56,386 nt of DNA. Source: Candidatus Bathyarchaeota archaeon. GTDB taxonomy: Archaea; Thermoproteota; Bathyarchaeia; Bathyarchaeales; Bathycorpusculaceae. The notes under the pieces were generated by a model. The model was given only the letters and a program-made list of their open reading frames with translations. It was not told the origin of the DNA and did no database searches. The DNA lies in contig CAWEPZ010000006.1 of assembly GCA_963811105.1 (NCBI GenBank), forward strand, positions 1 through 56,386, written 5' to 3'. The position numbers were made by a program, and so were the translations under genes. Positions 53,174 to 56,386 of the stretch are shown one piece after another. How positions within the stretch are numbered: position 1 is the stretch's first letter; each line of letters opens with the position of its first letter.

Positions 53174-53366
53174 TTAGTCTTTGTAAGCCACAACTGAAAC
53201 CTCAACAAGCGCTTCAGCTTTCAATTCTGCACCGACAGTGGCTCTAGCAGGAAACTCTCCCCAATCGGCAGTTGTACGGAGACAAAAGAAACTTGCCGGC
53301 TCTGACAGCTTGATTGTACGAGCCAATTGGTTTAGAGGCTTTTTCACCAAATACTGTGCTTTTCAT
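53174..53366 (-). pseudogene. RidA/YjgF-family gene with an internal deletion
   Basis: MKSTVFGEKASKPIGSYNQAVRAGKFL/VSVQLP is joined to EFPARATVGAEL...ALVEVSVVAY*. Confidence 0.65.
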
Positions 53367-53509
53367 TTTTTCCTCCTCTTGTCTTTGGAATAAACATTAA
53401 AATGGTTTTTGCAAGCAGGCATCATTGATGATTACTTGATTGTATCGTAGAAAGACTTTTAAGAAAAACGTCAAGTAATTTATGCTCCTATCATAACCTT
53501 AATGGAGAA

Positions 53510-54697
53510 ATGATTTGCATGCGAATAAATGGAAAATACTTGTTTACTTCTGAGTCAGTTGGAGAAGGCCACCCAGACAAAGTGGCAGACCAAATATCTG
53601 ACAGTGTTTTAGACGCAATATTCACCAATGACCCCAAAGCAAGAGTCGACTGCGAAACACTCGTAATGCAGGGAACTGTAATGATTACAGGCCAAATAAC
53701 CACCGGCACCTACATTGATATCCCAAAAGTTGTCCGCCAAACCCTAAAGGAAATAGGATTCGACAATGCCAAGGATGGCCTAGACTGGGAAACATGCGGT
53801 ATCCTAGTTTCACTCACCGCGCAGTCTCCAGACATCGCCATGGGTGTAAACGAATCTGAATGCCACGAGCAAGGCGCCGGCGACCAAGGAATGGTATTCG
53901 GCTATGCAACCAACGAAACAAAAGAGCTCATGCCCTTGCCTATCATGCTGGCACATAAACTTGTAAAACGCTTGGCTGAATGCAGAAAAACAAAAATTAT
54001 GCCGTATTTACGTCCTGACTGTAAATCTCAGGTTACCATTCAATATGAAGCTGGCAAACCAAAATGCGTTACAGCAGTGGTTATTGCTGCACAAAACAAC
54101 GGAACATGCAACGCCGCAACCTTAAATCAAGACGTAATCGAAAAAGTCATCAAAAACGTTATTCCGGCAAACATGCTTAGCCCAGACGTGAAATACGTAA
54201 TCAACGGAACAGGCAGATTCGTAATCGGCGGAACACTCGCAGACTCAGGATTAACTGGCAGAAAAATTATCGTTGACACTTACGGCGGAGTTGGAAGCCA
54301 CGGAGGCGGATGCTTCAGCGGCAAAGACCCATCAAAAGTTGACCGCTCAGGATGCTACATGGCACGATACATCGCCAAAAATGTCGTCGCCGCGGGCTTA
54401 GCAGACCAATGCGAAATCCAAATCTCTTACGCTATCGGTGTAGCAGAACCCATCTCAGTTCTAGTCAATACTTACGAGACTGGAAAACTTCCAGACACCA
54501 AAATCCTAGAAATAATAAAGAAGCACTTCGACATGAGGCCTAAAGCAATCATTGACCAACTAAACCTGCTAAGACCAATATACAAGAAATCCGCTGTATT
54601 CGGCCACTTTGGGAGAGAAGAGCCAGAATTCACCTGGGAGAAAACTGACAAAGCAGACGAACTGCGCAAGGATTTCGAAAAAGCCAAAAAGGCGTAA
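53510..54697 (+). CDS. metK: methionine adenosyltransferase (bacterial/eukaryotic type)
   Basis: [33 protein letters not shown] and [12 protein letters not shown]. Confidence 0.95.
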   Translation: MICMRINGKYLFTSESVGEGHPDKVADQISDSVLDAIFTNDPKARVDCETLVMQGTVMITGQITTGTYIDIPKVVRQTLKEIGFDNAKDGLDWETCGILVSLTAQSPDIAMGVNESECHEQGAGDQGMVFGYATNETKELMPLPIMLAHKLVKRLAECRKTKIMPYLRPDCKSQVTIQYEAGKPKCVTAVVIAAQNNGTCNAATLNQDVIEKVIKNVIPANMLSPDVKYVINGTGRFVIGGTLADSGLTGRKIIVDTYGGVGSHGGGCFSGKDPSKVDRSGCYMARYIAKNVVAAGLADQCEIQISYAIGVAEPISVLVNTYETGKLPDTKILEIIKKHFDMRPKAIIDQLNLLRPIYKKSAVFGHFGREEPEFTWEKTDKADELRKDFEKAKKA

Positions 54698-55023
54698 CTT
54701 TTCCTTCCTTTTAGTCTTTGAATCTTTATTTTCAAATTTCTTTGGCTGAAACTCTCTTTAATCAAATTTGTCTGTTTCATTTCCTTTTTACGAAGTTTCT
54801 TCTTAACCGTGTTTACCCCAATTTTCCAACTTCAGTTGACTTCCATTGACTTTCATTAACCCAACCTGCTATCAATTCAAGCTCTAAATTGAGAAAGCAA
54901 TCCAAATCAAACTGCAGAAAGTTCCGCGGAAGTCAGTCAGCAATGATAAAACCACCTATTGGGTGCGAAGCTTATTTTTAGAAAGATGACCGAAGTTATA
55001 CAAACAGCAAATGGAACAGCACC

Positions 55024-55839
55024 TTACTTTTCAAGAACGACTTTTCCTCCATTTGCCTTTATCAAACTTGAAAGTTGCCCAATAGCTTTCATGATCTTTT
55101 CCACTGGTTTTTCTTTATTTCTTGCTCTAACGGTTAAGTGGATTTCGATATGAGGACTATTTTCTTCACCTAATGGATGGGACTTAATGTATACACCCAA
55201 GTTTTTACACATTACTTTGTCGATTAATGGAGCCAACTGCGATTCCATCATGTTATCAACGAACAGACTGTTTTCACAAAAAACCCTGTCACCTACAGCA
55301 TGCTTGAGCAAAGGCGCTATAGATTCAGTGAAAATCGCTTCCATTTCTGAAGGCACACCTGGCAAAGCAAACAAAACCGATTCATTCAAATCCACCCGCA
55401 CACCAGGGGCAGTTCCAATTGGATTACGAATTGGCGCTGTCTTTTCAGGTAAGATTGCCATTTTAACTCTTGCAGGACTCATATCACCAACGGGCAGATT
55501 TCTTGCTCTTGCGTACTGAGCGTATTTTTCTTTCACCATTTCTAACGCTTTCTGATTGACTTCCAATCTACGGTTAAGCGCTTTTGCCACGCCCTCTAAG
55601 GTTTTATCGTCAAAAGTTGGCCCTAACCCACCAGTAATAATAATGTACTTTGGTTTTCGCAGTAAGGATTCACAAATAATGTTAGCTATTTCCTCAATTG
55701 TGTCTTGGACTACTGTTATTCGCTTAATGTTCACTGCTACCTGCGTTGCCTGTTTAGCTAGCCAATGCGCGTTTGAATTAAGGGTCTTGCCTATTAGTAA
55801 CTCGTTGCCGACGCAGATTATTTCCAAGTCCACTATCAA
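55024..55839 (-). CDS. CinA N-terminal / molybdopterin-binding domain protein
   Basis: VGNELLIG..LNSN, TGGLGPTFDDKT, NPIGTAPG and LPGVPSEM. Confidence 0.85.
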   Translation of the reverse strand: MIVDLEIICVGNELLIGKTLNSNAHWLAKQATQVAVNIKRITVVQDTIEEIANIICESLLRKPKYIIITGGLGPTFDDKTLEGVAKALNRRLEVNQKALEMVKEKYAQYARARNLPVGDMSPARVKMAILPEKTAPIRNPIGTAPGVRVDLNESVLFALPGVPSEMEAIFTESIAPLLKHAVGDRVFCENSLFVDNMMESQLAPLIDKVMCKNLGVYIKSHPLGEENSPHIEIHLTVRARNKEKPVEKIMKAIGQLSSLIKANGGKVVLEK

Positions 55840-56014
55840 AGCGCTTCACATCTTCAGTTGGCTGAGTTAGGAATCGGCGTTTTCTTTTAAACCGTTTGCT
55901 TAATTCTTACTCAAAATCACGATAAGCATTTACCATTCTGATATTGGAGGCGATCCTTGTTTGCCGAAATATTTTTATGTGCATGACGCTAACTTCCAAA
56001 CCAGAGGAAAAAAA

Positions 56015-56386
56015 TTGATACCCCAACACACAACAAAACGCTTTCATGCCATACTTATCCTGTACACATTAATAATCTTCACAATCATAATTGCATTAAG
56101 TGACACACCTCAAGTTAACGCACAATCAACACCTACACTCTTAGTAACAGGTGCTGACGGAACATCAATAAACTATACACTCACACAACTAAAGGCGATG
56201 CCTGCAACGAGCGGATGGGGCGGTTTTTATCAAACCATCCAGAGCCAAAGTAACAATGGCTTTTGGACGGGCGTAGCTTTGCTATACCTTTGCAACCAAG
56301 TAGGAGGCATCACTCAATACTCGAACATAACAGTTACAGGTCAAGGCGTCAACAATTTTACTTATAACATGGTTAACAGTGGCACA
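56015..56386 (+). CDS. secreted protein, 5' part (molybdopterin-oxidoreductase-like N-terminal fold), runs off the window
   Basis: Signal peptide, then LLVTGADG..YTLTQLKAMP...WTGVALLYL..VGG. Confidence 0.55.
   Translation, partial: MIPQHTTKRFHAILILYTLIIFTIIIALSDTPQVNAQSTPTLLVTGADGTSINYTLTQLKAMPATSGWGGFYQTIQSQSNNGFWTGVALLYLCNQVGGITQYSNITVTGQGVNNFTYNMVNSGT

Overview
Archaeal genomic window, most consistent with Bathyarchaeia. This is an inference from the GPN-loop GTPase, the archaeal-type tRNA, the PolB2-type polymerase and the large membrane-anchored PQQ beta-propeller surface proteins. The left ~38.8 kb is a layered, decaying mobile island that ends at a tyrosine integrase next to tRNA-Gly(CCC). 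It contains an IS1182 element, a degenerate tRNA 3' (att-like) relic and two copies of a winged-helix relic. An exact 37-bp direct repeat brackets ~20 kb of cargo: arsenic/heavy-metal genes, a P3A H+-ATPase, a radical SAM fusion and surface proteins. The island also holds a glycosyltransferase split by a 3.2-kb inversion, a terminase/MuF-like/ABC-GNAT module with no recognisable portal or capsid gene, an internally deleted PolB2 and a divergent RHH switch. The right ~17 kb is more ordinary: a PQQ surface protein, a polyphosphate cluster (ppk2, ppx, CHAD-phosphoesterase-HD, ppk1, CYTH), a GPN GTPase, bacterial-type metK and a CinA-like gene. Many island genes carry single-base frameshifts that could be decay or long-read error. 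All family calls come from motif recognition by eye; no searches were run.
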